NCBI GenBank assembly: GCA_963752595.1
Contig: CAVVYZ010000013.1
Location: 64,001 to 128,000 of the forward strand
Length of the DNA: 64,000 bases
Direction: 5' to 3'
From: an uncultured delta proteobacterium
Lineage (GTDB): Bacteria; Desulfobacterota; Desulfomonilia; UBA1062
Part shown: positions 1 to 10,920 of the stretch, piece by piece
Layout of the letters: the number at the start of each line of letters is the position of its first letter
Numbering within the stretch: position 1 is the stretch's first letter
Notes under the pieces: model-generated
What the model saw: only the letters and a program-made list of their open reading frames with translations
Databases searched by the model: none
Told to the model about the DNA's origin: nothing
Made by a program: the position numbers and the translations under genes

Positions 1-248
1 GGTCCCTGGTCGCCACGCGAGACGGGGAAGTAAGGATTCCCATCGGCAAGGCCAAGCAGGTACTGGACCCGACAGGTGCCGGCGACTCGTACCGGGGCGG
101 CCTTATCTGCGGCCTCGTACAGGGCAAGACCATTGAACAGGCAGCCATGATGGGCAGCGTGTGCGCTTCATTCTCGGTAGAGTGCTACGGGACCCAGTCC
201 TACAGCTTCTGCACCGAGGAGTTCAACGAAAGGCTCGTCTGTTTTTAG
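1..248 (+). CDS. PfkB-family carbohydrate/nucleoside kinase, C-terminal part (5' truncated by window edge)
   Basis: Manual translation from base 3 gives VLDPTGAGDSYRGG (PfkB signature 2), stop TAG at 246-248. Confidence 0.85.
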   Translation, partial: SLVATRDGEVRIPIGKAKQVLDPTGAGDSYRGGLICGLVQGKTIEQAAMMGSVCASFSVECYGTQSYSFCTEEFNERLVCF

Positions 249-271
249 CTGACCCGTGCATGTAACAAAGG

Positions 272-2461
272 CTACGATGCAGCATTGATCCCGGATATCC
301 GGGTTTTTGCTTCCTCGCTCAGGAAAGCCCAGAGGCCGAGCCCTTTGAGGGTCTCAACGGTCGGTATCCCGGAAGCTGTCCAGCCTCTCTCCCGGTAATA
401 CTCACTGACCAGCTCCTTGAGTTGGTCTTTCCGGTACTTCATCAGGGCTTCCCTCTTTTCGGCCGTTGCCATGGTCCGTACTTCGGCCGGAGCCTTGCCG
501 AGGATTTTGGCAGCTTCCCGATCGTTATAATCTTGTTCTGCCTCGTATAGGCTGTCATCGATCGGCCCGATGGCCCGGTCGGGGATCCAGTCGTATTTTC
601 CGGTATCAGTACCGAATGCCATGGCATTCATGACCCGCTGCAGATTGATATCGCGGTCCGTCCGGGCGAAGATTTCCTGCCAGGTCATATCCGTTCCCAG
701 CATCCCGTTATAGAAATCCGCATAAATCTCCTGGGAGGCAGGGTTAATATAGATGTCGGTATTCTGCATCTTCTCTGAGTCCGGATTGAAGACATCCACC
801 CAGGGAAGCTTGCATAAACCCAGATTGTCGTTCCCGAGCCGCACCCTGGGATAGGTGATCAGTGCCCTGGCCTTGTCCTGAAAGGTCGGGAAGGCGCCGA
901 GCAGGTCGACCTTGATGAGCCATGCTGCGGCGTGGTGTGCTCCGATATCGCTGGCAGCAGCATAGGAGCCCTGCATGGACAATGACCGGTGCGTCCGGTA
1001 CAGCGAGAAGGGAAGGCCTTTGCTCTGCATGGCAAATCGTTCGAGCTCTTTTTTCGGCGAACTCTTGCCGGTGCGTTTTATATAGGTGTCGCAGACCCAG
1101 TCGATGAGAGCCAGCATGCCTTTCCCTGCAACACGTGCCGCTTCCGTCTCCCGGCGGACGATTCTATGGAGGAACTCGAGCGCCGCTTCCTCATTCCCCC
1201 AGCACAACTCGATGCCGCCCATGTCTTCCCCGGTCAGATACCCCCTCTGTGAGCACTCCATCAGGAAAGCCATGATGACTGCCGCTGTAATCGTATCTAT
1301 CCCATACTCATCGCAGTACCAGTTGGCCTCCATGATGAACTTAGGATTCCACATACCCAGGTTGGAGCCGAACCCTGCAGCGGTTTCATATTCCGGCCCG
1401 TCCACCCACACCTTCCGGCCCTTCTTGTCGCCGGACGTGAGCGTTACCCAGCCGCCCTTGGTGCACTGGAGGTTGCATCCCGGGAAACACCCGTCATTGC
1501 CGCGATGGTCGAACAGATGCTCTTCATAATACTTACCGCAGATATTCCCGGCTTGCGGGTCTGTGCCCAGTTGGTAATTCTTGACCGGCAGGGACTGGTA
1601 GTCTTCCTTGTTCATGAAGGCGATCAAACCGGCTGAGCCTTTGCGGGACATTCTCAAGGAATTCGGGTCCACTTCCCTGACGACCTTATGGAGCCTTGCG
1701 CCCGAGTTCTTGACTTTTTCCCAGTCGTGCGCGCCGTAAGGATTTTCGCCGTGCGGATAGGAGGCAAGGACGACCACGGCCCTGATCCTTTTGTGCATCA
1801 TGACCGTGCCCAGGCCTGTCCTTCCTGCCTGTTTGGTCCTGAAGAGGCCTTTATTGCCGTTTACCGGCTTGGTCGGATCGAAGTAATGGCTGTTGATGCA
1901 CCCATAGGTGGTATTGGCTGCGCCGATTCCTGTCGTGACAAAAACGATGTCTCTCTTTTCATGCCCTTTTTCGCTGAATTGCTCGACGATCACCTGCTCG
2001 AGGTCGAATACGCGGTCTATGGCAGGAGCATCTACGATGGATACCTGCTGTTTGAAGCCGTCGATGACGATCATGATGTCTTTATCCGAAGCCCCTGTCA
2101 TCTCAAGGGCATCGAAGCCGGCATACTTGAGATATGCCCCGAAATGTCCACCGAAATTCGATACTCCGGGAATGCCGGTAAGCGGAGAAAGGGAAATGGC
2201 CATGCATTTGCTCGTTCCGGGGAACTGGGGAATGCCGCCCAGCGGACCCGGCGCGAGGATAAGGGGATTCCCGGGATCATAAGCAGTCATCCCAGGGGTT
2301 ATTCTCCTGTGGAGCAGATAGAGCCCCAGCCCCCTGCCACCGATGAAATAGTCCCTGGCTTCAGGATCGAGACCGGGCACGGCAATGTCACCGGTTCCCA
2401 GATCCACGGTGAGAATTTGATTGGCATATCCTCGTTTGAGATGTGGTTTCGAATAGTTCAT
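272..2461 (-). CDS. Aldehyde:ferredoxin oxidoreductase family protein (W/Mo-pterin)
   Basis: GGRGLG, AGRTGLG, C-x3-C-x3-C, GPEYET and GIDTI motifs; start set at ATG 2461 (MNYSKPH) inside ORF 272..2509. Confidence 0.9.
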   Translation of the reverse strand: MNYSKPHLKRGYANQILTVDLGTGDIAVPGLDPEARDYFIGGRGLGLYLLHRRITPGMTAYDPGNPLILAPGPLGGIPQFPGTSKCMAISLSPLTGIPGVSNFGGHFGAYLKYAGFDALEMTGASDKDIMIVIDGFKQQVSIVDAPAIDRVFDLEQVIVEQFSEKGHEKRDIVFVTTGIGAANTTYGCINSHYFDPTKPVNGNKGLFRTKQAGRTGLGTVMMHKRIRAVVVLASYPHGENPYGAHDWEKVKNSGARLHKVVREVDPNSLRMSRKGSAGLIAFMNKEDYQSLPVKNYQLGTDPQAGNICGKYYEEHLFDHRGNDGCFPGCNLQCTKGGWVTLTSGDKKGRKVWVDGPEYETAAGFGSNLGMWNPKFIMEANWYCDEYGIDTITAAVIMAFLMECSQRGYLTGEDMGGIELCWGNEEAALEFLHRIVRRETEAARVAGKGMLALIDWVCDTYIKRTGKSSPKKELERFAMQSKGLPFSLYRTHRSLSMQGSYAAASDIGAHHAAAWLIKVDLLGAFPTFQDKARALITYPRVRLGNDNLGLCKLPWVDVFNPDSEKMQNTDIYINPASQEIYADFYNGMLGTDMTWQEIFARTDRDINLQRVMNAMAFGTDTGKYDWIPDRAIGPIDDSLYEAEQDYNDREAAKILGKAPAEVRTMATAEKREALMKYRKDQLKELVSEYYRERGWTASGIPTVETLKGLGLWAFLSEEAKTRISGINAAS

Positions 2462-2711
2462 ATCCCAATTCCTTTCTTGAGAAGCCGCCTTTTTTCTTAC
2501 GGGTAGCATTGATTGCCTCGTAATTACCGGCAGTTTTACAAAGGACGTAACATAGGATAAACAGGCTTTCCTGTCAATGCGTTATCTTCCACGCAGCAGG
2601 TCTGTACCTCATGTATCGGTTATTCCCGAGCGGATTTACTCGATTTCCTCCTTGCCGGCCGGATCATAAAAACGATATAGTGTTACGGAAGAAACGGCGA
2701 AAGAATATTGT

Positions 2712-2927
2712 ATGGGGCATTTTAAAATCGATTTTCTTTATCTCGTCATTACGGCTTTTGTCTCCCTCTTCATGACGATAGCCATCGTCTACATGATGGA
2801 TTTCATCCGGCCCGGATTGATTGCATCAAAGGGCGGAACCAGCGTTTTCATCTACATCGGCGTTTTTACTGCAAACCTCATCATAGAGGCCTGCCGCCAA
2901 CGTGTCGAGAAAAATCGAAGGATGTAG
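2712..2927 (+). CDS. Small membrane protein (2 TM), unknown function
   Basis: 71-aa ORF with two hydrophobic segments. Confidence 0.55.
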   Translation: MGHFKIDFLYLVITAFVSLFMTIAIVYMMDFIRPGLIASKGGTSVFIYIGVFTANLIIEACRQRVEKNRRM

Positions 2928-3152
2928 CAAAGATCCTTTATCTCCGCTTCCGGAGTAGTGCATTTCCCTAAAAACCATCCTGTTCCCATCGCAAACCCTG
3001 TCAGCCCTCCTTCGATATATGTATTTTCGACTAAGCTCAGGAACATAAAAAGAATCAGGGTCATAAGCATATGGAGTCTTCTTGAGAATGGCACCGTCAG
3101 GGTTAGAATGGAGATACTATATAGTGATGATCCGCAAAGGGAGGATAATCCT

Positions 3153-3824
3153 ATGGCACGAACTGAAAAAAGGAGATCTGAAGAGATCCGGGCCGATGTA
3201 TCTTCCCAGCTTTTCTGGGATAACAGAATAGACGAATCGAATATCAATGTCGATGTTTCCGACGGCAGAGTCATACTGACCGGAACGGTGCCCACCTATT
3301 CCGGCCGGTGGCAGGCCGAGGACGATGCATATTTGATCTCCGGGGTCAGGTATGTGGACAACCGCCTCCAGGTAAGCCCAACCACTTTCCCGGTCCCGGG
3401 CGATACGGAACTCGCTTCGAATATCCGGAACATTCTTGAGTGGAATCCGACCCTGGATTCTTCACGGATCAAGGTTTTAGCACATGAAGGTATAGTAACG
3501 TTAACCGGATCGGTCGATTCTTATTGGCAAAAATCCAGGGTAGAATACCTTGTCTCTAATGTGGGCGGGGTGATCGATGTACAGAATCTCCTGCAGGTAG
3601 AAACTGCAGTCGGGATTTCGGACCAGGACATAAAGAGAGATATCGAGAGCACGCTTGCCAGGAATACCTTGATCGATTCCACCAGGATAAAAGTTCAGGT
3701 TAACGACGGCGTAGTGACTTTGTCCGGTACGGTAGACGACTATCTTACCTGCCGTACTGCACAAGACATAGCCAAATACACAAGCGGGGTCATCGATGTA
3801 CTCAATGATCAGGTCATTGCCTGA
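3153..3824 (+). CDS. BON-domain protein (three BON repeats)
   Basis: Repeated V-x-V-x-DG-x-V-x-L-x-G-x-V...GV-x-x-V-x-N-x-L units; GGAGG RBS before ATG 3153. Confidence 0.9.
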   Translation: MARTEKRRSEEIRADVSSQLFWDNRIDESNINVDVSDGRVILTGTVPTYSGRWQAEDDAYLISGVRYVDNRLQVSPTTFPVPGDTELASNIRNILEWNPTLDSSRIKVLAHEGIVTLTGSVDSYWQKSRVEYLVSNVGGVIDVQNLLQVETAVGISDQDIKRDIESTLARNTLIDSTRIKVQVNDGVVTLSGTVDDYLTCRTAQDIAKYTSGVIDVLNDQVIA

Positions 3825-3896
3825 GGCAAAAGCTTTGATCAGCAATACCGGAGAACCGGCTTTCGGCCGGTTTACGGGCCACAGGGGAGAGTAAAC

Positions 3897-4673
3897 ATGG
3901 AGTGTGTGGTAAGCCTTGAAGGAAAGAAAGGGTTGATCTTCGGGATAGCCAATGAGCACAGCATTGCCTATGGCGTGGCAAAGGTCTGCCGTGAAGCGGG
4001 TGCAGAGCTTGGGGTCACCTATCTGAACGAGAAAGCCGAGCCCTATGTGCGGCCGTTGGCCGAGGAGATCAAAAGCTCCTTCGTCATGCAGTGCGATGTC
4101 CAGAAGCCGGGGCAGCTCGAGGGAGTGTTCGAGCAGGCGCAAAAGAAATGGGGGAGATTGGATTTTCTATTGCATGCCTTGGCGTATGCGCCTCTGAAAG
4201 ATCTCCGCGGCCGGTTGGTCGACTGCTCGTTGGAAGGATGGAACATAGCGATGGACATTTCAGTCCATTCCTTTATCCGCATGGCCAGGCTTTCCGAGCG
4301 TCTCATGCCGGATGGGGGGTGTCTTCTTACCTTGAGCTATCTCGGCGGCGAGAGGGTGATCAGGGGGTACAAGATGATGGGCCCGGTAAAGGCTGCCCTT
4401 CAGCAGGCAACTGAATACCTGGCAGCAGAATTAGGTGCAAAGCACATCCGGGTGCATACGATTTCACCTGGCCCAATCATGACGCGTGCCGCATCAGGAC
4501 TGGCCGAGTTCGAAAGCCTTCTGCACGAGGTGTATGACAAGGCCCCGGAGCATGAGCCCGTAACCATAGAGGACGTCGGTTTCCTGGCCGCATACCTGGC
4601 GAGCGACCGGGCGATATCGATGACGGGCAACCTCATCTATCTGGATTCAGGATATAACATCATGGGTGATTAG
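3897..4673 (+). CDS. fabI: Enoyl-ACP reductase FabI
   Basis: GIANEHSIAYG, Y-x2-MGPVK and SPGPIMTRAASG motifs. Confidence 0.9.
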   Translation: MECVVSLEGKKGLIFGIANEHSIAYGVAKVCREAGAELGVTYLNEKAEPYVRPLAEEIKSSFVMQCDVQKPGQLEGVFEQAQKKWGRLDFLLHALAYAPLKDLRGRLVDCSLEGWNIAMDISVHSFIRMARLSERLMPDGGCLLTLSYLGGERVIRGYKMMGPVKAALQQATEYLAAELGAKHIRVHTISPGPIMTRAASGLAEFESLLHEVYDKAPEHEPVTIEDVGFLAAYLASDRAISMTGNLIYLDSGYNIMGD

Positions 4674-4866
4674 CCGTTCGTTTTCCCGTCGCATCATCCT
4701 TTCCAAATATCGAAACCATGAATATTTCCATTCTTTTATTCCCATAAGGCCTCAGCGGTATGAGAAGGGATAGGCTTGGGATTTTCCAAGTAAAAACCCC
4801 CAGAGGCCGACTTCAAGATCTCTTCATCCCTTTCCGATAGTAAAGAGAGTATAATCCTGAGGAGGT

Positions 4867-5955
4867 ATGAAGATGCAGAGATTATCTGGGATTTCCCTTA
4901 TTGTTTTCTTGTCTGTCTGCTGGGGAATTACGGCCCATGCCGAAACGGCATTTGAAATATCGCCCGGTGCCGGTTATCTGATGGGAGACTCCACATACGC
5001 CATCGGTGACGTGCCTGCTGACCAGGATCCCTGGGGAAGGGACCCGTACTTCCCTATCAGTAAACTGAAGTTTCCCTTGGGCGTTTATCTCGCTACGCTC
5101 GATGCAAAGCTGACGGTCGGCAAGCTGGAGATCTCCGGGGGGATGAAGCGCAATATAGATGACAGAGCCGGTCACATGAGAGACTATGACTGGGGCATCC
5201 CGTTCTGGGATGATGACGGTGAGCATGGCCCCGGATGGTATGTCAATGTGTGGGATAACGGTACGAACCAGTGGTACATGCTGGATATCGAATCCAGCAG
5301 CAAAAGCGAGATCGATGTCACGATCTGGAATGCTGAGGTCTCCTATCCGATATTCACGCACCGGTACGATTACCGGTACCGGGAGCTGTTGGACAGGAAG
5401 TTCCATTACTATAAGGGAGAGTTGTCCGGATACGTGGGCATCGGGTATGAAAAGCGGGCCTTTGATTACGAGTGCAGATTGATCAGGCAGTGGTCTCCTT
5501 CGGGAATCCCTGGTGCAGACTACATCGGCGACGGTTCGGTCGGCATAACCTATAAGGTCGGCTATTCCATCCCCTATATCGAACTGGCATTGGCAAATCG
5601 CGGGGAAAAGCTCGACTTCGAAATGGGCATCGGCTATTCGCCCTTTGTCCGCGCCAAGGATGAGGATGTTCACCTGCTGAGAGTTCCCGGTCCCATCTAT
5701 GCCGAAGGGGATTGCGATGGACAGGCCTACAAGTTAACCGCAGGCATCCGGTATAATTTCACCCCCCACTGGTTTATGAAAGGCGTCTTCGATTATCTTT
5801 ATATCAGGGCCTTCGGGGAGCAGGATAACAACCTTTATGCCGGAACCTCGAACGGACACCCATGGAATAGTGAATCCTGGACCACGGATGAAAGGATTAC
5901 CAGCAAAGAGTCTTTCTTTGCGGTCAATGTAGGGTACCGCTTCACCCTGCCGTAA
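4867..5955 (+). CDS. Omptin-family outer-membrane protease
   Basis: Signal peptide, SKLKFP, MRDYDW and DEDVHLLR (the two omptin catalytic dyad regions), beta-barrel-like C-terminus VGYRF. Confidence 0.75.
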   Translation: MKMQRLSGISLIVFLSVCWGITAHAETAFEISPGAGYLMGDSTYAIGDVPADQDPWGRDPYFPISKLKFPLGVYLATLDAKLTVGKLEISGGMKRNIDDRAGHMRDYDWGIPFWDDDGEHGPGWYVNVWDNGTNQWYMLDIESSSKSEIDVTIWNAEVSYPIFTHRYDYRYRELLDRKFHYYKGELSGYVGIGYEKRAFDYECRLIRQWSPSGIPGADYIGDGSVGITYKVGYSIPYIELALANRGEKLDFEMGIGYSPFVRAKDEDVHLLRVPGPIYAEGDCDGQAYKLTAGIRYNFTPHWFMKGVFDYLYIRAFGEQDNNLYAGTSNGHPWNSESWTTDERITSKESFFAVNVGYRFTLP

Positions 5956-6109
5956 GAAGGTCTGCAGAAAAGAAACGATTGTTCCGGCCCGGAAGAGTTC
6001 CGGAGAAGCGGAAACACCAGGAGTGAGCCTGCAGCAGTGAAGAGAAAGTCTCTTCACATTGAAGAATGCCCAAGGTCTTTTTACGAGAAGCTGATTTATC
6101 CAGGTTTCT

Positions 6110-6869
6110 CTACAGCACCTTCTGAAGGAAGGTCTTTATCCTTGGGTGTTCCATGCGGTCCGAGAACAGGTCTTCGGGATGGCCTTCGAAGATGAATTTG
6201 CCGTTGTCCATGAAGATGACCCGGTCGGCGATCTCCCGGGCAAAGCCCATCTGGTGGGTGACGATCACCATGGTGATGCCTTCTGCGGCCAGATTCTTGA
6301 TGGTGGTGAACACCTCGCCCACGAGCTCGGGGTCCAGCGCCGAGGTGGGCTCGTCGAAGAGCATGAGCCTGGGCCGCATGGCCAGGGCCCGGGCGATGGC
6401 CACCCGCTGCTTCTGGCCGCCGGAGAGGAATGCCGGGATAGACGTCCTTCTTGTCCAGGAGCCCGACCCTGCCCAGCAGGTCCAGGGCGACCTTGCGGGC
6501 CTCTTCGCGGGGCTCCTTCTTCACGGTGACGGGCCCTTCCATCACGTTCTGCAGCACGGTCATGTGCGGGAAGAGGTGGAAGTGCTGGAAGACCATGCCG
6601 ATCTCGGACCGGAGGGCGCAGATGATATCGGGCTTCTCCATGACGAGCCTGCCCTTCTTGTCCTTGCGGTATCCCACTTCCTTGCCGTCCATCAGGATGG
6701 CGCCCTCGTCCATCTTTTCGAGGAAGTTGATCATCCGGAGCAGCGTCGTCTTGCCCGAGCCCGACGGGCCGATGATGACGATCCGCTGCCCCTTCTCGAT
6801 ATCGAGGTCCACCTCGTCCACAGCCGTGAGGCTGCCGAAGCGCTTGACGACTCCCTGAAGCTCTATCAT
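6110..6869 (-). CDS. Polar amino-acid ABC transporter ATP-binding protein (frameshift near 6435)
   Basis: GPSGSGKT Walker A and [11 protein letters not shown] in one frame; [17 protein letters not shown] in another. Confidence 0.88.
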
Positions 6870-7883
6870 CGGTTTTCGTAGACCCCCAGCCTGTCTTCGA
6901 GCTTCCGGAAGGAAACGGTGAAGATGCTCGTGAGAACCAGATAGATGATGGCGGCCTGGACGAGGATGTAGACGTTGAACGTGGCGCTGAAGATCTGGTT
7001 TGCGGCCCGCATGAGCTCCACCATGGCGATGGTGGAGACCAGGGCGGTGTCCTTGATGAGGGCGATGAACTCGTTGCCCACGGGCGGCACCAGCCGCTTG
7101 TATGTCTGGGGCACGATGATCCTCCGCATGGCCTGCCAGTAGGTCATGCCGATGGCCTTGGCCGCCTCCATCTGCCCGGCATCGATGCTCTCGATGGCGC
7201 CCGCGCATGATCTCGGCCAGGTAGGCGGAGTAATTCAGGCCCAGCCCGAGTACCGCCGCAGTGAACGGCTCCAGGGTGATGCCCAGCGAGGGCAGCCCGT
7301 AGTAGATGAAGAAGAGCTGGAGCAGCAGCGGCGTGCCCCGGAATATCCAGATGAAGAACCAGAAGAAGGACGAGACCGCCTTGTGGCGGCTGATCCTGCC
7401 CAGTGCGATGAAGAGTCCGCCGATGGGCGATATCGACCATGGTGATGAAGACCAGGAAAAGCGTCATGGAAGTGGCCTTCACCAGGGTGGGCAGGTAAGT
7501 TTTCATATCCTTGAGGAATTGGATCCATTCGGGTGTCTGGGCAGCCTGTATCTGGCGTAGGAGGTTCTTGGCCTCGAGGTTATCGGGCAGTATGCCAGGA
7601 TCTCATTGCACATGCCGGTGCTTGCGCTTGATAATCCTTCTTGCTGAAAAGGATCTTCGCAGCTTCCATCCGGGAGCGTACGAACACCCCGGCATCTTCC
7701 CCGTGAGCACGGTGGGGCACCTGTCCTGAACACCTTCGACGGCCCCATCCAGCTTGCCGTCCTGGACGAGCCTCGTGCCCTGGGCCAAAAGCTCGTACTG
7801 ATCGGGCTTGCCGGCTGTGTCGGCCCTGGGAAGCCCGGCAGGGAAAAGGATGCGAACAGGAGGCTCAGCGCGCTTGTCAGCAC
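6866..7883 (-). CDS. Polar amino-acid ABC permease with N-terminal TPR-like extension (several frameshifts)
   Basis: EAAKAIGM EAA loop, NEFIALIKDTAL, FRGTPLLLQL; upstream in-frame LPDNLEAKNLLRQIQAAQTPEWIQFLKDMKTYLP; start approximate. Confidence 0.75.
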
Positions 7884-7909
7884 GCCGAGCCCGATATGAG
7901 CCTTGACTT

Positions 7910-8708
7910 CTACTTCCAGGACGTGATGTCATCCCCAAACCACTTGATGGAAATCTTCTTCATGGTGCCGTCTTTGAACATGCCGTCGAGCGTCTTCTGG
8001 ATCTTGTTTTTCAGTGAAACATCTTCCTTCCTGAGGCCGATTCCGATGGGCTCGGAGAGGAGCGATTCGGACAGGACCGTGTACTCGCCCAGGCTTCTGC
8101 GAAAGGTAGTAGCGGCCCACGAGCTCATCGACTGCCAGCGCGTCGATTCTGCCGATCTTGAGATCCAGGAAGGCATCCGTGTTCTTGTCGTACTTTTTGA
8201 TCTCCTTGAATTTCTTGTTCAGCTTCGCGAGGGCCTCCTCGGATGTGGAGCCGAGCTGCACGCCTACGACGGTTTCAGCGCCGAGATCCTTCAGTCCCTT
8301 GATCTTCTTGTTTCCTGCCTTGACCACGATCACCTGCTTCTCCATGATGTACGGCTTGGTGAAAGCGATCTCTTTCTCGCGCTCTGGGGTAATGGACATG
8401 CCGGACCAGACAACGTCGAACTTCTTGGACTTCAGGGACAGGATCACGGTATCCCACACGGTGGGCATGTGTTCGACCTTGATGCCGAGCCTTTTGCCGA
8501 GCTCTCTGGAGGCATCGATGTCAAAGCCGACGAGTTCGTTCTTGTCATTGCGGAATTCCATGGGAGGAAAGGCATCGTCAATGCCGATCTTCAGCACTCC
8601 CGCCTTCTTGACCCTTTCCCATGAGCCGTCGCCTGCGGCGAATGCATTCGATGCAAACAGACATGCCAGGAAAATTGCCAACCCTGCGGTCAATACATAT
8701 TTTTTCAT
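7910..8708 (-). CDS. Polar amino-acid ABC substrate-binding protein, family 3 (frameshift near 8100)
   Basis: Signal peptide, FPPMEF, GFDID, ITPEREK and C-terminal ISIKWFG in the second frame. Confidence 0.9.
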
Positions 8709-8976
8709 ACTATCTCCCCCTCATAATGGTTTTGAGAACACTCCTATTTAATCCTAAACAAGGTTAATTACAACTAACAAAGGCATGCTGCCATAAGCAT
8801 ACCCACTGGGTGAAATCCCTTGCCATTGCCGGGAGAGCCCGCGGTGTGGAGGAGAGATCCGATCGGTTATATTATTATGTTCAGGAACCCACCACCATGA
8901 GAGAGGATAGGTCTCTTTACATGTTCACGGGCATGAATCCGGTTCCGTTACTTCTATTTATAGGGAGGAAGAATTG

Positions 8977-9207
8977 ATGAGAGGAATTTCGATACCTGCT
9001 GCACGTCTCGGTGCTCTTGCGGTCGGTGCATTTGCGACAGGTGCCCTGGCTATCGGGGCGTTTGCCGTCGGTGCACTTGCAATAGGATTTCTTACCATTA
9101 ACAGATTCAATGCCCGTCAGATAAAAATCAGCTCTCTCGCTGTGGATGAGCTCACCATAGGGAAGCTCAATATCAGAGAACAGGCAGGCAATCAGGAAAT
9201 CGGGTAG
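8977..9207 (+). CDS. Small membrane protein with GA(L/F)A repeats
   Basis: GALAVGAFATGALAIGAFAVGALAIG repeat; GGAGG RBS. Confidence 0.65.
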   Translation: MRGISIPAARLGALAVGAFATGALAIGAFAVGALAIGFLTINRFNARQIKISSLAVDELTIGKLNIREQAGNQEIG

Positions 9208-9321
9208 GCTTACAGTATTGGACAAGTCATAGGCAGCATTCTTTAAGGGGCAGGGATTTCAACCAAAAACAGGAACATTGGAAGGAGGGGGTTACGATAC
9301 GCTGGAAAGGAGGTTTCTATC

Positions 9322-9996
9322 ATGGTACGCAGTGGAGAGAGAAAACCCGAAGAGATCAAGAAAGACGTTTACTCTCAACTGATCTGGGATACGAGGGTGA
9401 ACGAATCTGATATAAATGTCGAAGTATCTGACGGCAAGGTCGTATTAACAGGCCTGGTACCTACCTGTCCCGACCGTCTGGAAGCCGAGGACGACGCGTA
9501 TGCGGTTTCCGGTGTCAGATATGTGGATAACGGTCTCAGGGTCAGCTATCCACCGTCCTTCCCGACACCAAGGGATCCCGACATCGCCTCAAAGGTCCGG
9601 AGCCTGCTGGAATGGAACCCGAACATCGATTCAAAAAGAATCGACGTAGCAGTGGACTGCGGCCAGGTTACGCTGATGGGGTCCGTCGGCTCCATATGGC
9701 AGAAATACAATGCCGAGCATATCACGGAAAACGTCAGCGGTGTGATAGGTGTAAGAAACCAATTGAAGGTCGAACCCCCAAGAACGGTAACGGATGAAGA
9801 TATCAGGACCGATATTATCAGCTCGCTTGTCAGAAATTCGTTTCCCGATGTCACCATGGTAAATGTTCACGTGAAGGATTCTATCGTGACCTTAAGCGGC
9901 ACGGTGAATGACTATTTTGAATGCCGTACAGCCGAAGACATCGCCAGATATACGAACGGGGTCGTAGATGTGAATAATAACCTCGTGATCGCGTAG
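9322..9996 (+). CDS. BON-domain protein (three BON repeats), paralogue of 3153..3824
   Basis: Collinear similarity, e.g. AEDDAY..SGVRYVDN and CRTA.DIA.YT.GV. Confidence 0.9.
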   Translation: MVRSGERKPEEIKKDVYSQLIWDTRVNESDINVEVSDGKVVLTGLVPTCPDRLEAEDDAYAVSGVRYVDNGLRVSYPPSFPTPRDPDIASKVRSLLEWNPNIDSKRIDVAVDCGQVTLMGSVGSIWQKYNAEHITENVSGVIGVRNQLKVEPPRTVTDEDIRTDIISSLVRNSFPDVTMVNVHVKDSIVTLSGTVNDYFECRTAEDIARYTNGVVDVNNNLVIA

Positions 9997-10164
9997 TCTG
10001 CTTACGGAATCCATATAGTTTTTACGACTGCTTTTGGTTGAATCGATATCACGGCCTCGCGTACGGAAGCGCCTTTGTTGCAACATCGGCTTTCGTGACC
10101 AGTTCCATATGGTCATAATCCCATGGAGTCTTTTCAATTTTTCTGAGCCAAAGATAACGGCAGG

Positions 10165-10920
10165 TTACTTAAACCGGCCGCATACAGGGCACCCCTGCAT
10201 GGAAAGAGGTTTCTCAAGGCGGCACTCCTCAAGAAGCTCCAGGTCGGAAAAAATTGCATGCGTCTGTCCGTCAGCCCTGATGCGCCCGCCATGGAGCACG
10301 ATGGTGCGTGCGCATAAGTCCAGGACAAGGTCGAGGTCGTGGGTGGCAATGATCTTGGTGTGAGTAAATTCCCTGAGCAGTGAAATGATCTGCCGCCTGC
10401 CCCTTGGGTCTAGGCCCGTTGTGGGCTCATCGAGGACAAGGATATCGGGTGTCATGGAAAGCACCGTGGCAATGGCAGCCCTTCTCTTTTCCCCTGCAGA
10501 GAGATGATAGGGCGGCCGTTCCTTGAGGTGCTCGATGCCCATCCGGGAAAGGGCATCGGTGACCCGCTTCTCCACTTCCTCCCGCGGCAGGCCGAGGTTG
10601 TGAGGCCCGAAGGCCACGTCCTCATGGATGGTAGGCATGAAGAGCTGGTCATCGGCGTCCTGGAAGATCATTCCGACGGTTCTCCTCGCTTCTCGAAGGG
10701 TTTCTTTCGTGAGAGGGTAATCTCCGATCCGTACGGTTCCCGAGCTGGGGGTGAGATAGCCGTTGAGGTGGAGCAGCAGGGTCGACTTGCCGGCACCGTT
10801 CGCCCCGACGAGGGCCACCGACTCGCCATGGGTGATGCGGATGCTTATATCCTGGATGGCGGTCGTGCCGTCCGGGTATACATGGGTGAGATCCTTTACC
10901 TCGACGATGTGGTGGCTCAC
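10165..10920 (-). CDS. cbiO: ECF-type Ni/Co transporter ATPase (NikO/CbiO)
   Basis: GANGAGKST, FQDADDQLF, LSAGEKRR, LDEPT; GTG start overlaps the cbiQ stop. Confidence 0.9.
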   Translation of the reverse strand: MSHHIVEVKDLTHVYPDGTTAIQDISIRITHGESVALVGANGAGKSTLLLHLNGYLTPSSGTVRIGDYPLTKETLREARRTVGMIFQDADDQLFMPTIHEDVAFGPHNLGLPREEVEKRVTDALSRMGIEHLKERPPYHLSAGEKRRAAIATVLSMTPDILVLDEPTTGLDPRGRRQIISLLREFTHTKIIATHDLDLVLDLCARTIVLHGGRIRADGQTHAIFSDLELLEECRLEKPLSMQGCPVCGRFK

